The notes under the pieces were generated by a model. The model ran no database searches. It was not told where the DNA came from and was given only the letters and a program-made list of their open reading frames with translations. Made by a program: the position numbers and the translations under genes. From Dehalococcoidia bacterium (GTDB taxonomy: Bacteria; Chloroflexota; Dehalococcoidia; Lucifugimonadales; UBA2985): DNA of 64,000 nt. Shown one piece after another: positions 1 to 12,186 of this stretch (the stretch's first letter is position 1; each line of letters begins with the position of its first letter). The stretch spans positions 311,611 to 375,610 of the forward strand of contig OZ253588.1 in NCBI GenBank assembly GCA_965263185.1. The letters run 5' to 3'.

Positions 1-25
1 AGAAGCTAAGGTTGTAGCTCAGAGG

Positions 26-703
26 ATGCCGGCCGTGCCATATGCGGTTAGACTCGCCAGAGAAGAAGACGTCCCTCAACTGGTGGATATAGAGAAGGAG
101 GCATTTCCAACCTCCTGGCCCGCTACGCCATTCAAACGCGAGCTATCCAACAGGTCAGCCAGCTTTCTGGCAGCCTACCGGCTATCCGAAGACGGCCAAC
201 CCTCCATTTCATCTCCCGGCAAGCCGCTCCATGAAGGCAGCGACGTTACATCGCGCGGGTTGGGTGGAGTCCTGAAGCGCCTGTTCCGAAGAGAGGCCCC
301 CTCGTCCTTCCTCACCCGCCCTTCGGACTACGTAGCAGGCTACGTTGCCACCTGGTATATGACGGACGAAGCGCACATAACCGGCATTGCCGTACGGGAG
401 TCGCTGCGAGGCAACGGGCTGGGGGAGTTGCTGCTCCTAACCTCAATCAAACTTGCAATGAAGCGGCAGTCCAGGGTGGTGACCCTGGAGGTGCGAGTCT
501 CCAACCAAGTCGCCCAGTCCCTGTACTCCAAATATGGCTTCATCCAGGTTGGGTTGCGCAAGGGGTACTATACCGACAACCGCGAGGACGCCTACATAAT
601 GACCACCGCGCCCATCTCCTCGCCTGCGTACAGCGAGCAGTTCCATACACTGGAGAAGAGCTACAGAGAGCGGCGCGGCAACATGGCTCTTGGCCTTGGT
701 TGA
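26..703 (+). CDS. rimI: ribosomal protein S18 alanine N-acetyltransferase
   Basis: GNAT motifs EAHITGIAV..RGNGLG, TLEVRVSN..AQSLY, RKGYYTDNREDAYIM. Confidence 0.9.
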   Translation: MPAVPYAVRLAREEDVPQLVDIEKEAFPTSWPATPFKRELSNRSASFLAAYRLSEDGQPSISSPGKPLHEGSDVTSRGLGGVLKRLFRREAPSSFLTRPSDYVAGYVATWYMTDEAHITGIAVRESLRGNGLGELLLLTSIKLAMKRQSRVVTLEVRVSNQVAQSLYSKYGFIQVGLRKGYYTDNREDAYIMTTAPISSPAYSEQFHTLEKSYRERRGNMALGLG

Positions 704-799
704 CCGGAGGGTCTCGCCACTCCGCGGCATACACTGGGATGCGACCCGGCCGCGCATGGGCGTCAGGTCGGTTGCATAGACGCCCGCAAGCCCCATCGC

Positions 800-1630
800 C
801 TAGAGGCCCACAATGAGCTGCCTGGCTCCCACAAAAATCATGGAGACTGCAAGCATAACCAGCACCACGCGGTGATTCACCCTGGAGCTCAGGTATAGGC
901 CAATCTGCGCGCCCGCCAACGCTCCCACGCCCAGAAGGGCGGCCGTGCGCCATCCCTCCTGGAACTGGCCAGTCGCAATTCGAGTGGCCAGGCTGGAGGA
1001 CGAGGTTACCACCAGCAGCAGCATTCCAGTGGGGGCCACCACCCTGGCCGGCATCCTGAGCAGGAACGTCATGGCCGGGACGTTGACCACCCCTCCTCCA
1101 ATGCCGAAGAAGCTGGAGATAAAGCCGGACACGGGGCTGATTCCGGCGGCCATCAGGGTGTTAACGTAGAAGCGATACGTCCCGCCTCTGCGCTCCTGGA
1201 TCTCCCTGTTGGGCGTGTGGTCCACCCTCCCCTGCAACTCCACCGCTTTGGAGCTGCGCCAAAGCACGTAGACCGCGCCCAGGATCAGCAGGACACCCAT
1301 ATAGACCTCAAAGTTGCTCCTGGTCACCTTGCTGGCCGCTATGGCCCCAACAACCGCGGCAGGGATGCCGCCCACTGCCAGCAGGGCTGCGGTCTTGAAG
1401 TCGATGCGCCGCGCCCTGTAGTTGCCCACCGTGGCAGAGACGGCGTTCAGGAAGACCACCGAGAGGGAGATGCTGGAGATGGTGGACGCCGACGCCTCCG
1501 GAAACATGAAAAGCAGGATGGGGAGCAGGATAAACCCGCCCCCAAGGCCCACCAGTGTTCCCAATGTGGCAACTACAAGTCCCAGGAGGGGCAGGAGGAC
1601 CACGTATAAGAGTGTCGGCTCAAATGACAT
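800..1630 (-). CDS. sulfite exporter TauE/SafE family membrane protein
   Basis: two GLGGG/GIGGG..P motifs, about 8 TM segments. Confidence 0.85.
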   Translation of the reverse strand: MSFEPTLLYVVLLPLLGLVVATLGTLVGLGGGFILLPILLFMFPEASASTISSISLSVVFLNAVSATVGNYRARRIDFKTAALLAVGGIPAAVVGAIAASKVTRSNFEVYMGVLLILGAVYVLWRSSKAVELQGRVDHTPNREIQERRGGTYRFYVNTLMAAGISPVSGFISSFFGIGGGVVNVPAMTFLLRMPARVVAPTGMLLLVVTSSSSLATRIATGQFQEGWRTAALLGVGALAGAQIGLYLSSRVNHRVVLVMLAVSMIFVGARQLIVGL

Positions 1631-1773
1631 GGCTCTCGCTTACGCCCTGGCATCCGCAGGCGGATAGTACGCGGCCTGTTCACGGGAGGCCTGAGATGAT
1701 CGCGGCGCCGTCTTGCCGCGGCCAGCCACCGAACCTCCCCGTCACCTCAAACCCGGCCACGAGAGCCGACCGC

Positions 1774-2298
1774 CTACGCCTCCTCCAAAATCTCGATACT
1801 CTCTATGGTCGGGGGGGTGACCGGGCTGGAACGCTCTCCTGAAGGCCCCTGCTTCACCGGAAGGTTAGCCAGGCTGTCCACCACGTCCATGCCCTGCGTC
1901 ACCTGTCCAAATATGGTGTAGTTCTTGGGCAGGTTGCCTTGCTGATGCATCACAAAGAACTGGCTGCCGTTGGTATTGGGGCCGGCGTTCGCCATGGCGA
2001 GCGTACCCGCCGCGTAGTCGCGTGTAACGCGCTCGTCCTCAAAGGTGTACCCGGGACCGCCCGTCCCCGTACCCGTGGGGTCACCGCCCTGGAGCATGAA
2101 ACCGGATATAATGCGGTGAAAGATGACCCCGTCGTAGAAGCCCTCCTTGGCCAGAAACACAAAGTTGTTCACGGTCTTTGGGGCCTCTGACGGGAGCAGG
2201 TCAATGACTATGTCCCCGCCGCTGGTGTGCATGGTCGCGGTGATCTTGCTGTCCGGGTCTATGGTCATCGGGGGTGGTGCGTCGTACTGTTTTGCCAC
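1774..2298 (-). CDS. cyclophilin-type peptidyl-prolyl cis-trans isomerase
   Basis: FHRIISGFMLQGGDPTGTGTGGPGY, LAMANAGPNTNGSQFF; GTG start at 2298 with AAGGAG SD. Confidence 0.93.
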   Translation of the reverse strand: MAKQYDAPPPMTIDPDSKITATMHTSGGDIVIDLLPSEAPKTVNNFVFLAKEGFYDGVIFHRIISGFMLQGGDPTGTGTGGPGYTFEDERVTRDYAAGTLAMANAGPNTNGSQFFVMHQQGNLPKNYTIFGQVTQGMDVVDSLANLPVKQGPSGERSSPVTPPTIESIEILEEA

Positions 2299-2511
2299 GC
2301 TTGCTCCTTCGGATGGTATATGTGTTTGCAAATCGCCGGGGATGATTCAGACGCAGCAAGTCTATCAGAATCAACCTCGTCATGCCAGCGATTATGAGAA
2401 GCGGGGCTGGTCTCGACAAATTGCGCCCGCCTATCCACTGGTAATCCGACCCCCGCCTATGGCATAATCTAGGGGTCTGCAAGCCCACTCCATTTGAAAG
2501 AAGGCAGGTGC

Positions 2512-5187
2512 ATGAGCGAACAAAACCTACAGCAAAGATCACGGTCCACACTGGCAACCTCCCGGGGAGAGATGACCTACTACAGATTGGGGCTGCTTGA
2601 GGAGGAAGGGTTGGTAAACCTCTCCGCCCTGCCATTCTCCATTCGCGTGCTGGTGGAGAACGCCCTGCGAAACCTGGACGGCTACCTGGTCACCGAAAAC
2701 GACGTGATGGCCGCTGCAAACTGGAGCCCCAACTCCCAATCGCCCAAGGAGTTCCCATTCATGCCGGCCAGGGTGCTAATGCAGGACTTCACGGGTGTGC
2801 CCGCGGTGGTGGACCTGGCGGCCATGCGGTCGGCTATGGCCCGCAACGGCGGCGATTACCGTAAGGTCAACCCCATTGTGCCCGTTGACCTGGTGATAGA
2901 CCACTCGGTGCAGGTGGACTACTACGGCACTCCCTCGGCGTTCCGGCTGAACGTGGAGAGGGAGTTCGAGCGTAACCAGGAGCGTTACACGTTCCTGCGC
3001 TGGGCGCAGAACGCCTTCGACAACTTCACGCTGGTGCCGCCCGGCACAGGCATCGTCCACCAAGTCAACCTGGAGTATCTGGCCTCTGTGGTCACCGCCG
3101 GCCAGTCCGAGGGCGGGCCGGTGGCATTCCCCGACACGGTGGTCGGCACAGACTCCCACACCACCATGATCAACGGACTGAGCGTGCTGGGCTGGGGAGT
3201 AGGCGGAATAGAGGCAGAGGCGGTGGTGCTGGGGCAGCCTTACTACATGCAGCTGCCGGAGGTCATAGGGTTCAACCTGACCGGCGCCCTCAGAGAGGGT
3301 GTTACTGCCACAGACCTAGTCCTCACCGTGGTCCAAATGCTGCGGCAGAGGGGCGTTGTGGAGAAGTTCGTGGAGTTCTACGGCTCCGGGCTGAGCAACC
3401 TGCCGCTGCCGGACAGGGCCACCATCGCAAACATGGCTCCGGAGTACGGCGCAACCTGCGGGTTCTTCCCCGTTGACGCCACCACCCTGGAGTACCTGCG
3501 AGGCACCGGTCGAGACCCCGCTCAGGTGGAGCTGGTTGAGCAGTACGCCAAGGCCCAGGGCCTGTTCCACACGGACGACACCCCGGACCCCGTGTACACG
3601 GACTCCCTTCACCTGGACATGAGCGAAGTTACCCCCAGTCTGGCCGGGCCACGTCGCCCGCACGACCGCGTGGTGCTCAGCAACGTGAGGGACGACTTCC
3701 ACGCCACCTTCGGGCCGCGGGGAGATGAGGCAGACCTTGAGATAGACGGCCAGAAGGCGTCCATAGGCAGTGGAGACGTGGTCATTGCGGCCATCACCAG
3801 CTGCACTAACACATCCAACCCCTCCGTCATGGTGGGCTCAGGACTGATAGCAAAGAAGGCCGTGGAGCTTGGACTGAACCGCAAGCCCTGGGTCAAGACC
3901 AGCCTGGCCCCTGGCTCACAGGTGGTTACGGACTACATGGACTCGGCGGGTCTGACGCCATACCTGGAGCAGTTGGGATTCCAAAATGTCGGCTACGGCT
4001 GCACAACGTGCATCGGGAACAGCGGCCCGCTTCCCGACCCCGTTTCCAAGGCCATCGGCGACAGCGACCTGGCGGTTGCCGCCGTGCTCAGCGGCAACCG
4101 CAACTTCGAGGGTCGCGTACACGCGGAGGTCAAGGCCAACTACCTGGCTTCGCCCATGCTGGTGGTGGCCTATGCCCTGGCGGGCACCGTGGACATAGAC
4201 CTCAACAACGACCCTCTGGGGCAGGATAGTCAGGGCAACCCCGTATACCTTCAGGACATATGGCCCTCTCAGCAGGAGATCCGCGAGACCATCGCCACCT
4301 CCCTCAACCCCGATATGTTCAGGGACCGCTACAGCAACGTCTCCACCGGGCCGGAGGAGTGGAGCACGCTGCCGGCGCCTGAGGGCGACCTGTACCAGTG
4401 GGACCCGGAGTCCACGTACATACAGGAGGTCCCCTTCTTCAGCAACATCGGCGACGACGTCCAGGAGACCACGGACATACTCGCAGCGCGCGTGCTGGTT
4501 ATGGTGGGCGACTCCATCACCACCGACCACATCTCGCCCGCGGGAGCAATACCACTGAGCAGACCCGCCGGGCAGTTCCTGGTCGACAAGGGCATACAGC
4601 AGAGGGACTTCAATACCTACGGCGCTCGTCGAGGCAACCATGAAGTGATGATGCGGGGCACCTTCGGAAACGTGCGCCTCAGGAACCAGCTGACGCCCGA
4701 CAAGGAGGGCGACTGGTCGGTCTACTTCCCGGAGGATGAGATGACCAGCATCTTTGAGGCCGGCGAGAAGTACCAGGCGAGCGGGATTCCCACCATCGTA
4801 ATCGCCGGCAAGGAGTACGGGGCGGGCAGCTCAAGGGACTGGGCGGCCAAGGGCCCCAACCTGCTGGGAGTGCGCGCCGCCCTGGCGGAGAGCTTCGAGC
4901 GTATCCATCGCAGCAACCTCATAGGCATGGGTTTGCTGCCGCTGCAATTCAAGCCGGGCGAAAACGCCGCAAGCCTGGGTCTGACGGGGCGCGAGACCTT
5001 CGACGTCACGGGCATAGCAGGCGGCATCACCCCAGGCCAGGACGTTCAGATACACGCAGTCGGTGATGACGGCTCCTCGGTGGACTTCGCAGTGACCTGC
5101 CGCATTGACACGCAGGTGGAGGTCGACTATCACCGCAACGGCGGCGTGCTTCACACGGTGCTGCGCCGCATGCTGCGAGAGGGCTAG
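2512..5187 (+). CDS. acnA: aconitate hydratase A
   Basis: [59 protein letters not shown]. Confidence 0.97.
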   Translation: MSEQNLQQRSRSTLATSRGEMTYYRLGLLEEEGLVNLSALPFSIRVLVENALRNLDGYLVTENDVMAAANWSPNSQSPKEFPFMPARVLMQDFTGVPAVVDLAAMRSAMARNGGDYRKVNPIVPVDLVIDHSVQVDYYGTPSAFRLNVEREFERNQERYTFLRWAQNAFDNFTLVPPGTGIVHQVNLEYLASVVTAGQSEGGPVAFPDTVVGTDSHTTMINGLSVLGWGVGGIEAEAVVLGQPYYMQLPEVIGFNLTGALREGVTATDLVLTVVQMLRQRGVVEKFVEFYGSGLSNLPLPDRATIANMAPEYGATCGFFPVDATTLEYLRGTGRDPAQVELVEQYAKAQGLFHTDDTPDPVYTDSLHLDMSEVTPSLAGPRRPHDRVVLSNVRDDFHATFGPRGDEADLEIDGQKASIGSGDVVIAAITSCTNTSNPSVMVGSGLIAKKAVELGLNRKPWVKTSLAPGSQVVTDYMDSAGLTPYLEQLGFQNVGYGCTTCIGNSGPLPDPVSKAIGDSDLAVAAVLSGNRNFEGRVHAEVKANYLASPMLVVAYALAGTVDIDLNNDPLGQDSQGNPVYLQDIWPSQQEIRETIATSLNPDMFRDRYSNVSTGPEEWSTLPAPEGDLYQWDPESTYIQEVPFFSNIGDDVQETTDILAARVLVMVGDSITTDHISPAGAIPLSRPAGQFLVDKGIQQRDFNTYGARRGNHEVMMRGTFGNVRLRNQLTPDKEGDWSVYFPEDEMTSIFEAGEKYQASGIPTIVIAGKEYGAGSSRDWAAKGPNLLGVRAALAESFERIHRSNLIGMGLLPLQFKPGENAASLGLTGRETFDVTGIAGGITPGQDVQIHAVGDDGSSVDFAVTCRIDTQVEVDYHRNGGVLHTVLRRMLREG

Positions 5188-5218
5188 ACTCCGCCGGAGT
5201 AGACCTCAAACAAGATCA

Positions 5219-5256
5219 GCCCCTGACCCCGATGCGCTGTACCGGGGTCAAGGGGC
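5219..5256. terminator. GC-rich hairpin between convergent acnA and arsM
   Basis: gcccctgaccccg...cggggtcaaggggc inverted repeat; no U-tract. Confidence 0.45.
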
Positions 5257-5321
5257 CGGCTAAGCTACAAGAGAGACCACGGCATGAATCCCATGCCGCC
5301 GCTCGCTCTACCGCAGAAGAC

Positions 5322-6083
5322 TCAGACGGTCGGCTTCACAGCCCTGACGCGCACGCTTGCCAGGCTCGCCTTCCACTCCTCCCCCGCCGCGACGCTACGC
5401 CTGTAGGGCGACTGCTCAATCACGTCCACCTGCTCAAAGCCGGCCGTATCCATCCGGCCTAGGTAGACGGACTTCAGTTCCGCTCCGCCCACGCAGGACA
5501 CCCACATGTCAGGGTCCATCCGCACCGCCTCCGGCAACTCCTCCTCAAGCGCCATGTCGGACACGTAGAGCCGCCCGCCGGGCTTCAGGACGCGAAAGGC
5601 CTCCTGAAAGACCTTGTCCTTGTCCGGGGACAGGCAGATGACGCAGTTGGAGATGACCACGTCCAGGAGATCGTTCGCAAGGGGCAGCCGCTCTATCTCG
5701 CCCAGAAAGAACTCCACGTTGGAGACACCCACCTTAGCGGCGTTGCTCCGGGCAAGACTCACCATGTCCACGGTCATGTCCACGCCGTAAGCCCTGCCCT
5801 CCGGCCCCACCTTGTGGGCCGCCAGGAAGCAGTCGATGCCCCCGCCGCTTCCCAGGTCCAGGACGCGCTCCCCCGGCTGAAGCTCAGCCAGGGCAACCGG
5901 GTTGCCGCACCCGGCGGAGGCGGCGACGGCCTCCATCGGCACGGCCTTCAACTCGGAAGCTGAGTAGAGAACCGGCGGGATTATGATTTCTCCCGCGCTG
6001 CAACACGCAGAGGCGCTTTGGGCTTTGCCTCCGTAGCGCTCCTTCACCGCCTGCTTTATGCCATCCTCTTTCAATGTACTCAT
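5322..6083 (-). CDS. arsM: arsenite S-adenosylmethyltransferase
   Basis: N-terminal CC, GCGNP, VLDLGSGGGIDC, ISNCVI, W..CVGGA. Confidence 0.88.
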   Translation of the reverse strand: MSTLKEDGIKQAVKERYGGKAQSASACCSAGEIIIPPVLYSASELKAVPMEAVAASAGCGNPVALAELQPGERVLDLGSGGGIDCFLAAHKVGPEGRAYGVDMTVDMVSLARSNAAKVGVSNVEFFLGEIERLPLANDLLDVVISNCVICLSPDKDKVFQEAFRVLKPGGRLYVSDMALEEELPEAVRMDPDMWVSCVGGAELKSVYLGRMDTAGFEQVDVIEQSPYRRSVAAGEEWKASLASVRVRAVKPTV

Positions 6084-6248
6084 TGTATCCCTCCGAGCAG
6101 TATTATCGCGCAGCGCTCGCAGTCTGAGAAGAGCGTGGAGTGGACTCTCGCGTCCGCTAGAGTGACGGTGGCAGGATGGGGCGCCGTTTCCCGTCGGAAA
6201 TCCCCCCGATCCAATCCTGCGGCCTTCCTTTGCCTTCCCACAACCTGA

Positions 6249-6257
6249 TGGTATAAT
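6249..6257 (+). promoter_or_regulatory. extended -10 promoter for the TIGR00725-eno(-gap) genes
   Basis: TGGTATAAT about 20 bp upstream of the TTG start. Confidence 0.55.
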
Positions 6258-6277
6258 CCAGTGTAGCGGAGGAAGCC

Positions 6278-9128
<2,851 letters not shown>

Positions 9129-9150
9129 AAGCTGAGGCTAGGAATAAGCT

Positions 9151-9189
9151 AAGTCGGCGCCTGCTGTCCGGTAGGCGCCGACTTTTTTG
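9151..9189 (+). terminator. rho-independent terminator after gap
   Basis: aagtcggcgcctgc-tgtccg-gtaggcgccgactt stem followed by T-run. Confidence 0.85.
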
Positions 9190-9222
9190 TGTCAGCTAGG
9201 AGGCTCACGGAGCGGCCATTCA

Positions 9223-9256
9223 CGCTCGTGGTTAGCTTGTCGAACCATTTGAGCGG
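9223..9256 (+). repeat. single REP-like palindromic element (same family as 60376-60742)
   Basis: cgctcgtggttagcttgtcgaaccatttgagcgg, 31/34 identical to the unit core at 60378. Confidence 0.75.
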
Positions 9257-9296
9257 GAAGGACGGTCGGTTTAGCGTAAGCGGTCGCACTGCTGGT

Positions 9297-11636
9297 TCAC
9301 AAGGGGAACTCCATCAAAGATTTAGCAAACGGGATTGTAATGTTAAAAGTGTGCGGGTCTGAATCAGGAGCCAAAGCAACGATAATCATTCTCAAGGGAG
9401 CACGCGTCGCTCTCAATTCATCTCCCAGATCAGGCGGAACGGTGAAGGTAAATCGGAAACTTTCAGGAGCGTCAACCCATGAGTCCGCGAGAGTTGGGGC
9501 AGGGACGAGATTATAACGAGTTCTGATTTCATACACGTTGTCGTCAAACGACTCTGCGGTCTTCCAAACGGCAGTTAGCTTGAGCCCCGCAATGCTTACG
9601 CCTTCTTGAGGCTCTTCCCCGATGTACAGGACATCTTTAATGGAATAGCTGGGACCTAATTTCTCAAATCCAAAGCTGATCTTGTTATCGGCCCAAAGGA
9701 TTGGCGTTCCGGTTATGCGGAATTTCCCCGCTGAGATTCCTGAACCGGTCAAAGCATTGCCAAGCTCAGACACAGGCACATCAGAACCGAATATCTGTAT
9801 AGTTATTACTGGCGTTGGGCCGGGTGTCGGAGTGGACGTGGGCGTCGGGGTAGGTGTGGGTGCCAGCGTTGGGGGAGGAGTGGGTGTGGGGGTAGGGCTG
9901 GGTGTATATGTCGGTGTTGGAATGGGTGTGGGTATAGGAATAGGCGTTGGAGGAGGGGTAGGAGTATGAACGGGAATTGGAGGATGTGTTGGTATTAATA
10001 CAGGCACAGGAATGGGGTTGCTTGTTGCTGTTGGGGTTGGCAGAAGCGTTGGAACAGATGTAGGAATGGATGTTGGAGGGGTTAGAGCCTGCCCGGAACC
10101 GGGAGTAGGACTTGGAACAGGCTGAGAGCTTTGAGCAGGTCCATCTGAATTGGCGTATCCTAAGACTCCTATAACACCACCAACGCCAATAATAGATACA
10201 ATCAGTCCCACGATTGCCCATCTCAGCCCGCGGGCTTCAGTTTCAACTCTAGGCCCGTTGGCTTCAGTTTCAACTCTAGGCCCGTTGGCTTCAGTTTCAA
10301 CTCTAGGCCCATTGGCTTCAGTTTCAACTCTAGGCCCGTTGGCTTCAGTTTCAACTCTAGGCCCGTTGGCTTCAGTTTCAACTCTAGGCCCGTTGGCTTC
10401 AGTTTCAACTCTAGGCCCGTTGGCTTCAGCTTCAACTCTAGGCCCATTGGCTTCAGATTCAACTCTAGGCCGCACTAGAAATGTTACATACAGGTCGCCG
10501 GTTGAGCCTCCGTCAATTCCCGCATCGCCTGCTGCTGCAAGACGCATCGGAGTTCCGTCCTGTGTTCCAGGCGGAATCGTTATCTTCAACTTTCGATGCA
10601 GCCGCTCTCGACCTGAACTGTCACATTGAGGGCAGGAGCCTATCAGGAATTCTCCAACGCCGTTACACAGAGTACATCCCGCGCCGTTGCAATGGCTGCA
10701 CTTAACCGTGTGCCTCTTTGATCCACTGCATCTACTGCAAATCCCCAGCGGATATACGTCAACCTCCTTCTCTGCTCCAAACCTTGCTTCTTCAAAGGAC
10801 ACGCTAAGGGGGATCCGCAGGTCACCCCCGTTCTGAGGAGTCCTAATAGCGCCAGCGCCTCTGGAAGAGGCGTCGGCTGAGATCCTGGTATTTCCACCAG
10901 GAGGGTTACGGCGGTCGTACTGGGCGCGCTTCTGCGGGTCTTTGAGTGCGGCGTTTATCTCCAGAAGCTGCGCCGCACAGTCGCAAGCGGGGTCGCTGAG
11001 AATCGAGAGCTTGAGGATGAGGCGAGGCGGGGTTTCTTGAGATACCTTGTAGAACTCCCAGGTATCGCCGTTGGTCAGACAGGCGTACTCGGCGCTTTTC
11101 CTGCGGTTAGCGTACTTGAGCGCCTGGTCTCGGTGCTCGTCGTTCAGGTCCTGCCTCATACGCTTCGCCTCGATAAACGCGATGGGCTGCCCCCGCTGGC
11201 CCTGCGGGTGGAGGGCGTAGTCGACCCTTTGAGGTCTGTATCCGAACCCCAGGCTGTATTCCGTCGTGACGAGCTCTGGGTTGGCGGGATCCCAACCGAG
11301 GGCTTTGAGCAGTGGATCAATGAGCGCGTTGCGAGTGCGAGTCTCGTTCGCACTGATGGCGGCGCGGGCGCGCCCGATGTTCTCTTGAAGCTTTTTGATG
11401 ACGCTTACGAGATTGTCTACGTCAGAATTATCACACGTGGAGTGGGATTTCTCTTGCGCTTTCTTTTCACACTCCGAGCAGTGGGGGGCGCTTGCGGGCT
11501 TGTACACGACGTCGCATCCTCGGCACTTGTTAATACTACGTGTCCGCTGGGCCTCCCAGTGCAGACTACACAGATAGTGACCTCGCTGTATTTCCTTGGA
11601 GCAGGACTGTTCTCTGCAGGTGTTCGGTGTCGTCAT
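9297..11636 (-). CDS. chimeric membrane-anchored protein: Zn finger + HsdR-N-like PD-(D/E)xK nuclease + DnaJ Zn finger/CTD + tandem repeat + TM + Pro/Thr linker + C-terminal domain
   Basis: NE..TR..LIDPLL.ALGWD, RVDYAL, IEAK, QALKYA, LTNGDTW; LKDPQKRAQYDR; GDLRIPLSVSFEEA, four CxxC(xGxG) motifs, IPPG..DG...RL...GD....GDLYV; hydrophobic WAIVGLIVSIIGVGGVIGVLGY; (PT)n run. Confidence 0.85.
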   Translation of the reverse strand: MTTPNTCREQSCSKEIQRGHYLCSLHWEAQRTRSINKCRGCDVVYKPASAPHCSECEKKAQEKSHSTCDNSDVDNLVSVIKKLQENIGRARAAISANETRTRNALIDPLLKALGWDPANPELVTTEYSLGFGYRPQRVDYALHPQGQRGQPIAFIEAKRMRQDLNDEHRDQALKYANRRKSAEYACLTNGDTWEFYKVSQETPPRLILKLSILSDPACDCAAQLLEINAALKDPQKRAQYDRRNPPGGNTRISADASSRGAGAIRTPQNGGDLRIPLSVSFEEARFGAEKEVDVYPLGICSRCSGSKRHTVKCSHCNGAGCTLCNGVGEFLIGSCPQCDSSGRERLHRKLKITIPPGTQDGTPMRLAAAGDAGIDGGSTGDLYVTFLVRPRVESEANGPRVEAEANGPRVETEANGPRVETEANGPRVETEANGPRVETEANGPRVETEANGPRVETEANGPRVETEARGLRWAIVGLIVSIIGVGGVIGVLGYANSDGPAQSSQPVPSPTPGSGQALTPPTSIPTSVPTLLPTPTATSNPIPVPVLIPTHPPIPVHTPTPPPTPIPIPTPIPTPTYTPSPTPTPTPPPTLAPTPTPTPTSTPTPGPTPVITIQIFGSDVPVSELGNALTGSGISAGKFRITGTPILWADNKISFGFEKLGPSYSIKDVLYIGEEPQEGVSIAGLKLTAVWKTAESFDDNVYEIRTRYNLVPAPTLADSWVDAPESFRFTFTVPPDLGDELRATRAPLRMIIVALAPDSDPHTFNITIPFAKSLMEFPL
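10233..10471 (-). repeat. 27-bp coding tandem repeat, about 8.8 copies (RVETEANGP)
   Basis: unit ggcttcagtttcaactctaggcccgtt repeated almost perfectly. Confidence 0.95.
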
Positions 11637-11676
11637 AGCAGTCCGCGTTTGTAGTGAGAGTCAGGCATATGGGCGA

Positions 11677-11870
11677 GGTCTATCCCCGCGTGTGCGGGGG
11701 AACCTCGTAGACGTCGTCGCGGTAGCGGATTCTCATCGGTCTATCCCCGCGTGTGCAGGGGAACCCTTGGGCAGTAGCATAGCAGTCGAGATATCGGGAG
11801 TCTATCCCCGCGTGTGTGGGGGAACCCTCTTGCCGTTCTTTGTGGCTCTACCCTAATGGGTCTATCCCCG
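11677..11870 (-). CRISPR. orphan type I-E-like CRISPR mini-array: 3 full 28-bp repeats, 1 truncated repeat, 3 spacers (33, 33, 32 bp)
   Basis: repeats at 11677-11704, 11738-11765, 11799-11826 and partial 11859-11870; minus-strand consensus GGTTCCCCCGCACACGCGGGGATAGACC resembles the E. coli I-E repeat with a CCCCGC/GCGGGG stem; 60-61 bp period; spacers unique. Confidence 0.92.
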
Positions 11871-12090
11871 GGCTGGCCAGGGCCAGCGGCCTTACCCGCT
11901 ATCGGTGATGCTGCGGGTTCACATCGTCCAGGTATGCTACAATCTGAGCGACACTGGGATGGAAGACCTGTTGTATGAGGCGGAGTCGGTGCGGCGGTTC
12001 GTAGGGTTACGACTATCGGAGCCGATACCCGATGAGAGTACGATACTGCACTTCCGCCACCTGCTGGAAGAACATCAGCTGGGTCAGGTT
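11862..12090 (+). pseudogene. IS5-family transposase N-terminal fragment
   Basis: YPRAGQGQRPYPLSVMLRVHIVQVCYNLSD..MEDLLYE..SVRRFVGL...IPDESTILHFRHLLE; no DDE domain or inverted repeats left. Confidence 0.85.
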
Positions 12091-12148
12091 CACCCTCGAA
12101 GCTATGCCAGCCGCAATTATAGCACGGCGCGTACAAATCCAGGCCACT

Positions 12149-12177
12149 TTGCCCAGCCGTAGCTGCCTTGGTAGAAT
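12149..12177 (+). promoter_or_regulatory. sigma70-type promoter of the GT-C gene
   Basis: TTGCCC-N17-TAGAAT with extended TG; GTG start only 10 bp downstream (near leaderless). Confidence 0.5.
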
Positions 12178-12186
12178 AGCTTCATA

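Noticed and set aside
175-330. Insertion within RimI
   Set aside because: Appears to be an ordinary variable loop; no repeat or intein motifs
10233-10471. 27-bp repeat as a CRISPR array
   Set aside because: Head-to-tail with no spacers, in frame within a CDS
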